The translations under genes were made by a program, and so were the position numbers. From the NCBI GenBank assembly GCA_937975765.1, contig CALJUR010000048.1, positions 23,538 through 87,537 of the forward strand: DNA of 64,000 nucleotides, written 5' to 3'. Below, piece by piece: positions 27,048 through 35,995 of this stretch (positions are counted from its first letter, which is position 1; every line of letters begins with the position of its first letter). A model generated the notes under the pieces. It saw nothing but the letters and a program-made list of their open reading frames with translations, had not been told where the DNA came from and made no database searches. Source of the DNA: an uncultured Myxococcales bacterium. GTDB taxonomy: Bacteria; Myxococcota_A; UBA9042; DTJE01.

Positions 27048-28172
27048 TCACGCCGCGCCGGGCAGCGTCACGGTGAAGGTGGTGCCGACGTCGGGGGTGC
27101 TGGCGACGGTCGCCTCGCCGCCATAGAGGTGGGCCAGGCGCTGGACGATGGACAGGCCCAGGCCGCTGCCCTCGATCATGCGGGTCTTGTCGTTCTTGAT
27201 GCGGACGAACTCGCCGAACAGGCGGCCGCACTCCTCGGCGGTCATGCCGATGCCCGTGTCGGCGATCGTCAGCACGACGGCGCCGTCCCGCCTGGCGACG
27301 CCCACGTCCACGCGGCCGTGATCGCGGTTGTACTTGACCGCGTTGGACAGCAGGTTGTTCAGGATCAGTTCGATCTCGCCGCGATCCGCCTGCATCGGGG
27401 CCGCCTCGCCGGGGGCCAGGTCGATGGTGATGCCGCGGTCCATCCCCAGTTCGCGGGCGTTCTCGACGCAGCCGGCCGCCACCTCGCGCACGTCCAGGCC
27501 CACGACCGTGCGCGTCTTGCGGCCCGACTCGATGCGGGTCAGGTCCAGCAGGTCGGACACCAACTTGCGCATCCCCTCCAGCCGCACGATGGCACGCTGG
27601 ATGGGGTGGTCGTAGGCCGAAAGTTCCTCGCCCAGCACGCGGTCCTGCATCATGCGCAGGTAGTTCTCGATGGCCGCGGTCGGCGCCTTCATCTCGTGGG
27701 CGACCACGGACAGCAGTTCGAACCGGACGCGCTTGCGTTCCTCGGCCAGCCGCCGCGCCTCGCGCTGCACGACCAGGTGCTTGGCGGCCTTGAACAGGAC
27801 CGACTTCAATTCGTCCGGGGAGAACGGCTTGGCCAGGAAGTCGAAGCCGCCGCGCTTGGTCGCCGCAACCGCCGTCTCCAGCGACGCGTATGCCGTGATG
27901 ACGATCGTCAGGATCTCGACGCCGTCGGCGTGCAACCGGTCCATCAGGTCCAGGCCCGAGATCCCGGGCATCTTGTAGTCCAGCAGCAGGATGTCGGGCG
28001 CGGACGTGCGGATGGCCTCCAGGGCCTCCTCGCCGGAGGCGGCCTGCTCGAACGCCAGCCCGAACTCCCGACCCACGTCGGGCAGCCGGACCGTGAACGT
28101 CCGCAGGGCGCGCTCGACGGCCATGCGGATCCCGGCCTCGTCGTCGACGACCAGCACGCGCAACGTGTCCAT
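27048..28172 (-). CDS. hybrid receiver-histidine kinase (REC-HisKA-HATPase)
   Basis: MDTLRVLVVDDE...LLLDYKMPG...KPF receiver; H-box LLSVVAHEMKAPTAAI; N/G boxes LLSNAVKYN, DTGIGM, GSGLGLSIV. Confidence 0.85.
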   Translation of the reverse strand: MDTLRVLVVDDEAGIRMAVERALRTFTVRLPDVGREFGLAFEQAASGEEALEAIRTSAPDILLLDYKMPGISGLDLMDRLHADGVEILTIVITAYASLETAVAATKRGGFDFLAKPFSPDELKSVLFKAAKHLVVQREARRLAEERKRVRFELLSVVAHEMKAPTAAIENYLRMMQDRVLGEELSAYDHPIQRAIVRLEGMRKLVSDLLDLTRIESGRKTRTVVGLDVREVAAGCVENARELGMDRGITIDLAPGEAAPMQADRGEIELILNNLLSNAVKYNRDHGRVDVGVARRDGAVVLTIADTGIGMTAEECGRLFGEFVRIKNDKTRMIEGSGLGLSIVQRLAHLYGGEATVASTPDVGTTFTVTLPGAA

Positions 28173-28189
28173 GCCGCGCCTCCCGGAAT

Positions 28190-28294
28190 GAGGGCCAGCC
28201 TCCAATTTCCGCCAGGGTGCTTCCAAGCATCCAAACGCCGATACATGGCGGTTATCGCAAGGTTTTCAAGCCTTGAAAATGGAGGCTGTCCCTG
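28190..28294. repeat. diverged GGGACAG-arm pair (CCTCC variant) with a 65-bp core
   Basis: GAGGGCCAGCCTCCAATTTC (28190-28209) versus the reverse complement of 28275-28294, CAGGGACAGCCTCCATTTTC (17/20). Lies between the receiver gene and the receiver-kinase gene. Confidence 0.55.
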
Positions 28295-28299
28295 TTTTT

Positions 28300-28692
28300 C
28301 TACCTCGCCAGCAGGCGATCCACCTCGGACTTCAACTGCTCGTACCGGACGGGCTTGGGCAGCACGGCGTCGGCCGGCACCCAGCGGCGCTCCTCGGTGG
28401 TGGCCGCGTCGAACTCCAGGCCGGTCTCGCCCGTCACGCCCGTCACCAGCAGCACCGGCGTCCCGGGCCGCGCCCGCCGCACGCGGTGCCCCAGCACGAA
28501 GCCCGAGTCGGGGTTCTCCATCATCAGGTCCAGGATCGCCAGGTCGAACGCCGTCCCGGCCGCCAGCAGCGCCTCGCCGCGGGCCTGGCCCTCGGCCGTG
28601 ACCACCTCGAAACCGTCCGCCTTCAGCCGGATGGCGGTCTGCTCCAGGAAGTCGGGGTCGTCGTCCACCAGCAGGATCGTCTTCGCAGGCAT
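28300..28692 (-). CDS. stand-alone response-regulator receiver protein
   Basis: MPAKTILLVDDDPDF...LAILDLMM...LPKPV. 130 aa with no output domain. GGAGG RBS. Confidence 0.85.
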   Translation of the reverse strand: MPAKTILLVDDDPDFLEQTAIRLKADGFEVVTAEGQARGEALLAAGTAFDLAILDLMMENPDSGFVLGHRVRRARPGTPVLLVTGVTGETGLEFDAATTEERRWVPADAVLPKPVRYEQLKSEVDRLLAR

Positions 28693-28711
28693 CGCAGAGC
28701 CTCCGCATCCT

Positions 28712-28771
28712 GGCGGGGGACAGGGCCCCCGCCCTACACATCCTGGCGGGGGACGGGGCCCCCGCCCTACA
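28712..28771 (+). repeat. two tandem REP-like copies (33-nt period)
   Basis: CATCCTGGCGGGGGAC(A/G)GGGCCCCCGCCCTACA twice (cores at 28712-28738 and 28745-28771), between the sensor kinase and receiver genes. Confidence 0.9.
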
Positions 28772-28852
28772 CACCGCCAGACCGACGCTTCGCGCGTCCT
28801 GGCGAGCCTCGCGTGCTGCCGACCCTGGCGGCAGACGCTCGCAATTGGCAAC

Positions 28853-28879
28853 GGCGGAGGACAGGGCCCCCGCCCCACG
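28853..28879 (+). repeat. REP-like copy (degenerate)
   Basis: GGCGGAGGACAGGGCCCCCGCCCCACG, immediately 3' of the sensor-kinase stop at 28881. Confidence 0.7.
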
Positions 28880-28880
28880 G

Positions 28881-30881
28881 TCACTCGGCGCGTCCGCGCC
28901 TGGGCATCCGGATCGTGAACGTCGTCCCGGTCGGGCCCGCCGCCGGGTCCGCGTTCGACGTCGCCAGGATCTCGCCGCGGTGCATCTTCACGATGCCGTA
29001 GGACACCGCCAGGCCCAGGCCCGTCCCGCGCCCCATCGGCTTGGTCGTGAAGAACGGCGTGAAGATCTTCCCCATGTGCTCGGGACGGATGCCCGTGCCC
29101 GTGTCCGCCACCTCGAACACCACGTGGTCGTCGTCGCCGCCCGTCCGCGCCGTCAGGGTGCCGCCGTTCGGCATCGCCTCGATGGCGTTCACCATCACGT
29201 TCGTCAGCACCTGCAGCATCTGGTCGCGGTCCAGTTCCGCCACCGGCTCGACCGACGCGTGCTCGACCCGCACCTTCACGCCGTCGGTCCGCCGGATGCC
29301 CCGCAGCGCCGCGTCCACCAGGTCCCGCACGTTCACCGGCTGCAGGTTCACCTGGTTCTGCCGCGCGAAGTTCAACAGGCCCGACACGATCCGCTTGCAC
29401 CGCTCGGCCTGCTCGGCGATCAGCTTCAGGTCCGCCTGCAACTGCGAGTCCTTGGCCGCCTCGTCCGCCAGCAGGTGCGCGTACATCAGCACCACGCCCA
29501 GCGGGTTGTTCACCTCGTGCGCGATGCCCGCCGCCAACTGCCCCATGCTGGCCAGTTTCTCGGCGTGCACCAGCGCGTCCTGCGTGCTGGCCAGCTGCCG
29601 GTGCGACTCGTGCAGTTCGCCCACCGTGGTCCGCAGCCGGTCGATCGTCCAGGGCAGGCACATCTCGCTCTCGGCCAGCCCCTGGTGGATCGCGATCGCG
29701 TGCTCGATGCAGGTCGCGTAGCCGCAGGCCCCGCAGTTCAGTTCATCCTCGGGCCGGTCCTTGCCCATCCGCGCCAGGATGGCCTGGATCTCCTCGCGCG
29801 TCGGCCCGGGCAGCCGCCGGTCGTCCGGCGCGAACCCGCGCGACAGGTCCAGTTCGTCGAACCGGCGCATCGCGGCGCGCCACGCCTTGTCGTCCAGCAG
29901 TTCCGCGCGGTCCCGCACGTACCGCGCCACCATCGCCTGCCGCGTGAACCGGGGCGCCCTCGTCATCATGCCGGGCCCCATCACGCATCCCTGGCAGGCC
30001 AGCACCTCCAGCAGCGCCGACGGGATCGCCCCCGCCTCGAACTCCTTCACCGCCTCAACGAACCGCTGGTGCCCGTCCGCCGTCACGCCCTCGGCGTCCA
30101 TCAGGTCGCTGTCCACCTCGGCCGCCTTCAGCAGCCCGCCGCTGATCGAGAACAGCCCGCCGACCCCGCCGTGCGGCGGGTCGAAGTCCGAATCCGCCAC
30201 GTCCTCCGGCCGCACGCCGCGCCGCCGGAACAGGTCGCGAAGTTCCGCGAAGGTCAGCGCCGCGGCGACCTCGCGGGGGAACTTCTCGGTCTCGGCCTTC
30301 TTCGCGATGCACGGTCCCGCGAACACGGACGGCACGCTCTCCCCGTGCAGCCGCCTCGCCACCCGCGCGATCGCGACCATCGGCGACACGATCGGCGCCA
30401 GCGACCCGACCAGGTGCGGGTGGTAGCGCTCGACGTACTCGACCAGGGCCGGGCACGTCGTCGCCACGTACTTGCGCCCCGCGGCCCCGTCCAGCAGCCG
30501 CCGGTAGCGGTCCGACACCAGGTCCGCGCCGAACGCCACCTCGTGCACGTAGGTGAAGCCGACCGCCCGCAGCATCCCCGCCAGCCGCCGCCACGGGATG
30601 TCGCCGAATTCCGCCGGGAAGGAGGGGGCCACCAGGATCGAGACCGGGCCGCCGCCGTCCAGCAACGCCTCGACCTCGGGCAGGCTGTCGCGGACCTGCT
30701 TGGCCTTCTGGCTGCATACCTGCACGCAGTTCCCGCAGCCGATGCAGCGCTCGGGCATGACCTCGGCCTGGCCGCCGGTGATCCGGATCGCCTTCGCCGG
30801 GCACTCGCGGACGCACCCGTAACAGACCCGGCACTTCTCCCGGATCGTCGTGACCAGCGGTTTCGACAGCGAGCCCGTCAC
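28881..30881 (-). CDS. sensory [FeFe]-hydrogenase-like (HydS-type) Fe-S domain fused to a histidine kinase
   Basis: GTG start after GGGAGGGG. Two ferredoxin motifs (CRVCYGCVRECP, CIGCGNCVQVC). H-cluster-like motifs VATTCPAL, AGPCIAKKAE and EVLACQGCVMGPG. CGACGYATC Fe-S motif. H-box AAGIAHEVNNPL and an HATPase domain (DTGTGI, GTGLGLAVS). Confidence 0.85.
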   Translation of the reverse strand: MTGSLSKPLVTTIREKCRVCYGCVRECPAKAIRITGGQAEVMPERCIGCGNCVQVCSQKAKQVRDSLPEVEALLDGGGPVSILVAPSFPAEFGDIPWRRLAGMLRAVGFTYVHEVAFGADLVSDRYRRLLDGAAGRKYVATTCPALVEYVERYHPHLVGSLAPIVSPMVAIARVARRLHGESVPSVFAGPCIAKKAETEKFPREVAAALTFAELRDLFRRRGVRPEDVADSDFDPPHGGVGGLFSISGGLLKAAEVDSDLMDAEGVTADGHQRFVEAVKEFEAGAIPSALLEVLACQGCVMGPGMMTRAPRFTRQAMVARYVRDRAELLDDKAWRAAMRRFDELDLSRGFAPDDRRLPGPTREEIQAILARMGKDRPEDELNCGACGYATCIEHAIAIHQGLAESEMCLPWTIDRLRTTVGELHESHRQLASTQDALVHAEKLASMGQLAAGIAHEVNNPLGVVLMYAHLLADEAAKDSQLQADLKLIAEQAERCKRIVSGLLNFARQNQVNLQPVNVRDLVDAALRGIRRTDGVKVRVEHASVEPVAELDRDQMLQVLTNVMVNAIEAMPNGGTLTARTGGDDDHVVFEVADTGTGIRPEHMGKIFTPFFTTKPMGRGTGLGLAVSYGIVKMHRGEILATSNADPAAGPTGTTFTIRMPRRGRAE

Positions 30882-30936
30882 GTCGCCCCTCCCGGCCGGA
30901 TGCCGGACCCAGTATCGATGACCGGGCCGATCCGGG

Positions 30937-32655
30937 TCAAACCTCCGCCTGCCGCGGCGCGTACGCGGTGTGCAGCAGGTGGTGCGCCTTCTCGCTGCCC
31001 GGCGCGCCCAGGTTCTCGTCGTACAGCCTCTTCACCAGTTCGTTCGCGTGCGACGTCCGCAGGTCCGAGTCCCGGTCGATGTCGTACAGCGCCTTCATGC
31101 GCGCCCGCACCGCGTCCAGGTCCGCGCCGATCGGCTGGCCGCCGCCGTTCACGCAGCCGCCCGGGCACGCCATCACCTCGATGACCGCCAGGTCGCGCCG
31201 GCCGGCCCGCACCTCCTGCATCAGCCGCCGCGCGTTCGCCAGTCCCGACACGGCCGCCACGCCCAGTTCGGCGCCGCCGATCTTCACCCTCGCCTCCTTG
31301 ACGCCCTGCAGACCGCGGATCTCCTTCACCTTGGCCGCGTCCAGTTCCTTCCCCGTCAGCATGTGGTGCGCGGTCCGCAGCGCCGCCTCCAGCACGCCGC
31401 CCGACGCGCCGAACAGCTTGCCGGCCGACGACCTTTCCCCGAACGGGGTGTCCGGCAGCTCGGCGACCATGTCCCGCAGGTCCAGGCCCCGCATCCGGAT
31501 GATGCGCGCCAGTTCGCGGGTGGTCAGGACCGCGTCCACGTCCGGCTGGCCCTCGTTCCGCCGCTCGGGCGAGGACGCCTCGAACTTCTTCGCGGTGCAC
31601 GGCATCACCGACACCACGAACACGTCCCCGGGCGCCACGCCCAGCCGGTTCGCGAAGTGCGACTTCAGCACCGCGCCCAGCATCTGCTGGGGGCTCTTGC
31701 ACGAGGACAGGTGCGGCAGCAGGTCCGGGAACTCCTGCTCGGCGAAGTCCACCCACGCCGGGCAGCACGAGGTCATCAGCGGCAGCACGCCGCCGTTCTT
31801 CACGCGATCGACCAGTTCGTTCGCCTCCTCCATGATGGTCAGGTCGGCCGCGAACGAGGTGTCGAACACGTAGTCGAAGCCCAGCCGCCGCAGCGCCGCG
31901 TTCAGCACGCCCGCGACGTCCACGCCGGGCCGCGCCCCGAACATCTCGCCGATGGTCACGGACACGGCCGGCGCGTGCTGCACCACCACGACCTTCTTCG
32001 GGTTCCGGATGGCGTCGAACACGTCCTTGAAGTGGCTGCGTTCCGTCAGCGCGCCGGTCGGGCACGCCAGGATGCACTGGCCGCAGTCCACGCACGACGA
32101 CACGTTCAGGCCGGCGTTGAAGGCCGGCGCCACCCGCGTCTTCGAGCCTCGCCCGACGAAGTCGATCGCCGCGACGGACTGCACCTCCTCGCACACGCGC
32201 ACGCACTTGCCGCACAGGATGCACTTCTCGGGGTCGCGCACGATGGACGGCGAGGACATGTCCAGCCGCATCGGGTTGCGCGCGCCCTGGTAACGGCGCT
32301 GGCGCACCCCCAGTTCGGCGGCCAGTTCCTGCAACTGGCAGTTCCCGTTGCGGCTGCAGTACAGGCAGTCGTCGGGGTGGTTCGCCAGCAGCAGTTCGAC
32401 GATGGTCTTGCGAGCCCGGACCGCCCGCTGGGAGTGGGTCTGGACCTTCATGCCCTCGCGCACCGGGAAGGCGCACGACGGCACCAGGCCGCGCATCCCC
32501 TCGACCTCGACCACGCACATCCGGCATGCGCCGGTGGGCAGCAGGCCCTCCATCGCGCACAGGGTGGGGACCCGGATGCCGGCGCGCCGCAGCGCGGTCA
32601 GCAGCATCTCGCCGGGCTTCGCCTCGATCGCCTTGTCGTTGACGGTGATGGTCAT
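30937..32655 (-). CDS. hydA: [FeFe] hydrogenase catalytic subunit (HydA/HndD type)
   Basis: 2Fe-2S and 4Fe-4S N-terminal modules. H-cluster motifs MTSCCPAW, VMPCTAKKFE and EVMACPGGCVNGGGQP. Start at ATG 32655 (GGAGGAG upstream); an alternative ATGA-overlap start lies at 32670. Confidence 0.9.
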   Translation of the reverse strand: MTITVNDKAIEAKPGEMLLTALRRAGIRVPTLCAMEGLLPTGACRMCVVEVEGMRGLVPSCAFPVREGMKVQTHSQRAVRARKTIVELLLANHPDDCLYCSRNGNCQLQELAAELGVRQRRYQGARNPMRLDMSSPSIVRDPEKCILCGKCVRVCEEVQSVAAIDFVGRGSKTRVAPAFNAGLNVSSCVDCGQCILACPTGALTERSHFKDVFDAIRNPKKVVVVQHAPAVSVTIGEMFGARPGVDVAGVLNAALRRLGFDYVFDTSFAADLTIMEEANELVDRVKNGGVLPLMTSCCPAWVDFAEQEFPDLLPHLSSCKSPQQMLGAVLKSHFANRLGVAPGDVFVVSVMPCTAKKFEASSPERRNEGQPDVDAVLTTRELARIIRMRGLDLRDMVAELPDTPFGERSSAGKLFGASGGVLEAALRTAHHMLTGKELDAAKVKEIRGLQGVKEARVKIGGAELGVAAVSGLANARRLMQEVRAGRRDLAVIEVMACPGGCVNGGGQPIGADLDAVRARMKALYDIDRDSDLRTSHANELVKRLYDENLGAPGSEKAHHLLHTAYAPRQAEV

Positions 32656-32669
32656 CGATTTCTCCTCCA

Positions 32670-34643
32670 TCAGGCCACCTTCACCGCGTGGTGCCGGCAC
32701 TCGACCCGGCACTGCCCGCAGGCGATGCACTTGTCCGGCACGATGTAGTGCGGCGACCGCGGGGCGCCCAGGATCGCCCCCGACGGGCAGGACCGCGCGC
32801 ACAGGCCGCAGCCGTTGCACATCTCGGGGTCGATCGAGAAGGTCAGCAGTTCGGTGCACGCCCCGGCGCGGCACTTCCGCTCGAAGACGTGCTCCTCGTA
32901 CTCCTCGCGGAACCACCGCAGCGTGGACAGCACCGGGTTCGGCGCCGACTGGCCCAGCCCGCACAGCGACGTGTCCTGGATGACGCCCGCCAGCCGCTCC
33001 AGGTACATCACGCCCTGGAAGCGGGCCAGCGCGTCGTTCTCCTTCTCGTTGCGCCGGCTGCGCGTGATCCGCTGCAGGATTTCCAGCATGCGCCGCGTGC
33101 CCTCGCGGCACGGGATGCACTTGCCGCACGACTCGCGCTGGATGAAGTCCATGAAGAACTTGGCCAGGTCCACCATGCAGGTGGTCTCGTCCATGACGAC
33201 CAGGCCGCCGGACCCCATCATCGCGCCGACCTTCTTCAGCGACTCGTAGTCGACCAGTGTGTCCATCTGCGAGTCGGGGATGCACCCGCCGGACGGCCCG
33301 CCGATCTGCACCGCCTTGAACGCCTTCCCGTCCGGGATGCCGCCGCCCACGTCGAACACGATCTGCCGCAGCGTCGTGCCCATCGGGACCTCGACCAGGC
33401 CGGTGCGGACGACCTTGCCGGACAGAGCGAACACCTTGGTGCCCTTGCTGCCCTCGGTGCCGATCGCCGCGAACCCTTCCGCCCCCAGGTCCAGCAGGCC
33501 GGGCAGGTTCGCCAGCGTCTCGACGTTGTTGATGACGGTCGGCTTGCCCCACAGGCCCGACACGGCCGGGTAAGGAGGCCTTGGCCGGGGCATGCCGCGC
33601 CGGCCCTCGATGCTGTTCAGCAGCGCGGTCTCCTCGCCGCAGACGAACGCGCCGGCGCCCTGCTTGACGGCAATCTCCAGGTCCACGCCGCTGCCCAGGA
33701 TGTCCTTCCCCAGGAAGCCCCAGGACTTCGCCTGCTCGATCGCCTCGTGCAGCCGCGCCACGGCCAGCGGGTACTCGGCCCGGATGTAGACGTACGCCTT
33801 GGACGCGCCGATGGCATAGGCCGCGATCGCCATGCCTTCCAGCAGCCGGTGCGGGTCGCCTTCCACCACGGCGCGGTCCATGAACGCGCCCGGGTCGCCC
33901 TCGTCGGCGTTGCACACCAGGTACTTCCGGTCGCCGGGGGCCTGCAGCGCCGCCTTCCACTTGGTGCCGGTGGGGAAGCCGCCGCCGCCGCGGCCACGCA
34001 GGCCGGACTTCTCGACCAGGTCGCAGACCTCGGGAGGGGTCAGGCTGCGGACCGTGCGCGCGTACGCCTCGTAGCCGCCGCGCGCCAGGTACTCGTCGAT
34101 GCGGGACGGGTCGATGACGCCGCAGTTCTTCAGGACCCACCGCTTCTGCGGGGCGAAGAACGGATGCTGTTCCTGGTACTGGATGCCGTCCCAGGGGGTC
34201 CGGCCCTCGCCGTGGAACTGGTACAGCACGTGGTCCGCAGCGACCTTCCCGTCCAGCGTGCCACCGACCACCACCTCGACGTCCTTCGCGGCGACCTTGC
34301 CGAACGACAGCCGCGTCCGGCCCGGCAGCTGGACGTCCACCATCGGCTCGAAGGCGCACAGGCCGATGCAGCCGACCTCCACCACGTCGCCTTCCACGCC
34401 GCGGGCGGCCAGCAGTTCCCGGATCGAGGCCAGCGTCTTGCCCGCCCCCGCGCCCAGCCCGCAGGTGCCGGTCCCCACGAAGATCGTCGGCCGATCCACG
34501 TCCTCGCGGCGCAGCCGGCGCATCGCCTCCTCCAGTTTCCGCAGCCGGGCTTCCTCGGTCCTGCGGCCGCTGCCCGTCAGCCGGGCCTGCAGTTCGGCCC
34601 GCGGCAGTTCGGCATCCCGGTACGAATCTCGCTTGGCGTTCAT
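32670..34643 (-). CDS. hydB: NuoF-like NADH/FMN-binding hydrogenase subunit (HydB/HndC type)
   Basis: GLRGRGGGGFPTGTKW, ESCGKCIPCREG, and C-terminal 2x[4Fe-4S] motifs (CNGCGLCARSCP, CIACGQCRVEC). ATGA overlap with hydC. Confidence 0.9.
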   Translation of the reverse strand: MNAKRDSYRDAELPRAELQARLTGSGRRTEEARLRKLEEAMRRLRREDVDRPTIFVGTGTCGLGAGAGKTLASIRELLAARGVEGDVVEVGCIGLCAFEPMVDVQLPGRTRLSFGKVAAKDVEVVVGGTLDGKVAADHVLYQFHGEGRTPWDGIQYQEQHPFFAPQKRWVLKNCGVIDPSRIDEYLARGGYEAYARTVRSLTPPEVCDLVEKSGLRGRGGGGFPTGTKWKAALQAPGDRKYLVCNADEGDPGAFMDRAVVEGDPHRLLEGMAIAAYAIGASKAYVYIRAEYPLAVARLHEAIEQAKSWGFLGKDILGSGVDLEIAVKQGAGAFVCGEETALLNSIEGRRGMPRPRPPYPAVSGLWGKPTVINNVETLANLPGLLDLGAEGFAAIGTEGSKGTKVFALSGKVVRTGLVEVPMGTTLRQIVFDVGGGIPDGKAFKAVQIGGPSGGCIPDSQMDTLVDYESLKKVGAMMGSGGLVVMDETTCMVDLAKFFMDFIQRESCGKCIPCREGTRRMLEILQRITRSRRNEKENDALARFQGVMYLERLAGVIQDTSLCGLGQSAPNPVLSTLRWFREEYEEHVFERKCRAGACTELLTFSIDPEMCNGCGLCARSCPSGAILGAPRSPHYIVPDKCIACGQCRVECRHHAVKVA

Positions 34644-35110
34644 GCGGCGGACCTCCGCTTGCAGGAATTCAGGATGGCGTTGACCTTGTCCGGGGTGACG
34701 CCGGCGTGGAACTCGCCGTTGATCGCGATGACGGGGGCCAGCCCGCAGGCGCCGATGCAGGCGACGACCTCCAGGCTGAACATCCCGTCCCGGGTCGTCT
34801 CGCCGGGTTCGATCTTCAGCGCGCGGCGGATCGAGTCCAGCACGGCGGCCGACCCGCGCACGTGGCAGGCGGTCCCGCGGCACACCTGGACGTGGTAGGT
34901 GCCGCGCCCCTGGAACCGGAACTGGTTGTAGAACGTCGCCACCCCGAACACCTTGCTGGGCGGCAGCGACAGGTGGTCGGCAACCCGCACGATGGCCTCG
35001 CGCGACAGGTAGCCTTCCGCCTCCTGGACCTCCTGCAGGATCGGGATCAGCGCGTCCCGTCCGGCACCCGGGTGACGCTCCAGGACCTCGTCGATTCGGC
35101 TTTCCACCAT
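34640..35110 (-). CDS. hydC: NuoE-like 2Fe-2S hydrogenase subunit (HydC/HndA type)
   Basis: CRGTACHVRG...CIGACGLAP thioredoxin-like 2Fe-2S motif. ATG 35110 is preferred over GTG 35149 because the GTG lies inside a Rex operator. Confidence 0.85.
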   Translation of the reverse strand: MVESRIDEVLERHPGAGRDALIPILQEVQEAEGYLSREAIVRVADHLSLPPSKVFGVATFYNQFRFQGRGTYHVQVCRGTACHVRGSAAVLDSIRRALKIEPGETTRDGMFSLEVVACIGACGLAPVIAINGEFHAGVTPDKVNAILNSCKRRSAA

Positions 35111-35134
35111 GGCCCCCTTCGCTTCACTTCCGTC

Positions 35135-35150
35135 TGTGAATTTCTTCACA
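35135..35150. promoter_or_regulatory. Rex operator 1 (hydCBA leader)
   Basis: TGTGAATTTCTTCACA matches the Rex consensus TGTGAA-N4-TTCACA, 25 nt upstream of the hydC ATG. A possible -35 TTGACA (35189-35184, minus strand) lies upstream. Confidence 0.75.
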
Positions 35151-35237
35151 GGCCATGCGGAGTGTGCATGCGCAGCCGTCTTCTGTCAAGCAGGAAGTTT
35201 TTCCATGACGAATTTTCCGACTTGACACCTCGCCATC

Positions 35238-35253
35238 TGTGAATGTATTTACA
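35238..35253. promoter_or_regulatory. Rex operator 2 (rex promoter)
   Basis: TGTGAATGTATTTACA (one mismatch) overlaps a candidate -10 TATTTA (35246-35251), 18 nt after TTGACA (35222-35227). Confidence 0.65.
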
Positions 35254-35293
35254 GCATGGTTGGACCCGGGGAATCCCGGGACCGGAGGACAGG

Positions 35294-35947
35294 ATGGATC
35301 CCCGCCCCGAAGAGGACGGTTCCACGACCCGCGTACCGACGCAGACGATCCAGCGCCTGACGGTGTACCGCAAGGTGCTGGCCGAACTGCACGCGGAGGG
35401 CGTGGAGAACGTCTTCTCGCACCGGCTGGCCGAACTGGCGGGCGTGCACCCGGCCCAGCTTCGCCGCGACCTGTCGATCTTCGGGTCGTTCGGGTCCATC
35501 AGCCGCGGCTACGAGGTGCACGACCTGTCCCTGACCATCGGCCACCTGCTGGGCACCGACCGGCCGCAGACGGTGGCACTGGTCGGGCTGGGCAACCTGG
35601 GCCGCACCCTGCTGACCTACCGTGGATTCGAGGAGCGCGGCTTCCGGATCGGCGTGGTGTTCGACAACGACCCCGAGAAGGTGGGCCGCGTCTACGCCGG
35701 GCGCAGGTGCCACGCGGTGGAGGAGATCGAGGCGGTACTGCCCGCGTACGGCGCGCGCATCGCCGTGCTGGCCTGCGGCCCCGTCGGGGTCGAGGACGTC
35801 GTGGACCGCCTGGCGGGTGCCGGAGTACGGTCCATCCTGAACTTCGTCCCCCGCCGCGTGCCGGCACCGGACGGGGTCCACGTCGAGGACGTCGACATCT
35901 CGGCCAAGCTGGAGATGCTGTCGTTCCTCAGCCGGGAGGGCGAATGA
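35294..35947 (+). CDS. rex: redox-sensing transcriptional repressor Rex
   Basis: IQRLTVYRKVLAEL winged helix, GLGNLGRTLL Rossmann motif, typical length. GGAGGA RBS. Three TGTGAA-N4-TTCACA sites lie nearby. Confidence 0.9.
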   Translation: MDPRPEEDGSTTRVPTQTIQRLTVYRKVLAELHAEGVENVFSHRLAELAGVHPAQLRRDLSIFGSFGSISRGYEVHDLSLTIGHLLGTDRPQTVALVGLGNLGRTLLTYRGFEERGFRIGVVFDNDPEKVGRVYAGRRCHAVEEIEAVLPAYGARIAVLACGPVGVEDVVDRLAGAGVRSILNFVPRRVPAPDGVHVEDVDISAKLEMLSFLSREGE

Positions 35948-35979
35948 CCTTCCTGGCGGACTTTTTTGTTGTCCGTGAC

Positions 35980-35995
35980 TGTGAAGTTTTTCACA
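35980..35995. promoter_or_regulatory. Rex operator 3 (upstream of the receiver gene at 36070)
   Basis: TGTGAAGTTTTTCACA is a perfect half-site pair, in the rex-receiver intergenic region. Confidence 0.75.

Noticed and set aside
35111-35149. Longer hydC starting at GTG 35149 (MKKFTDG…)
   Set aside because: The GTG lies inside Rex operator 1 and has no SD sequence. ATG 35110 is preceded by AAGGGGG and gives a NuoE-like N-terminus of normal length.
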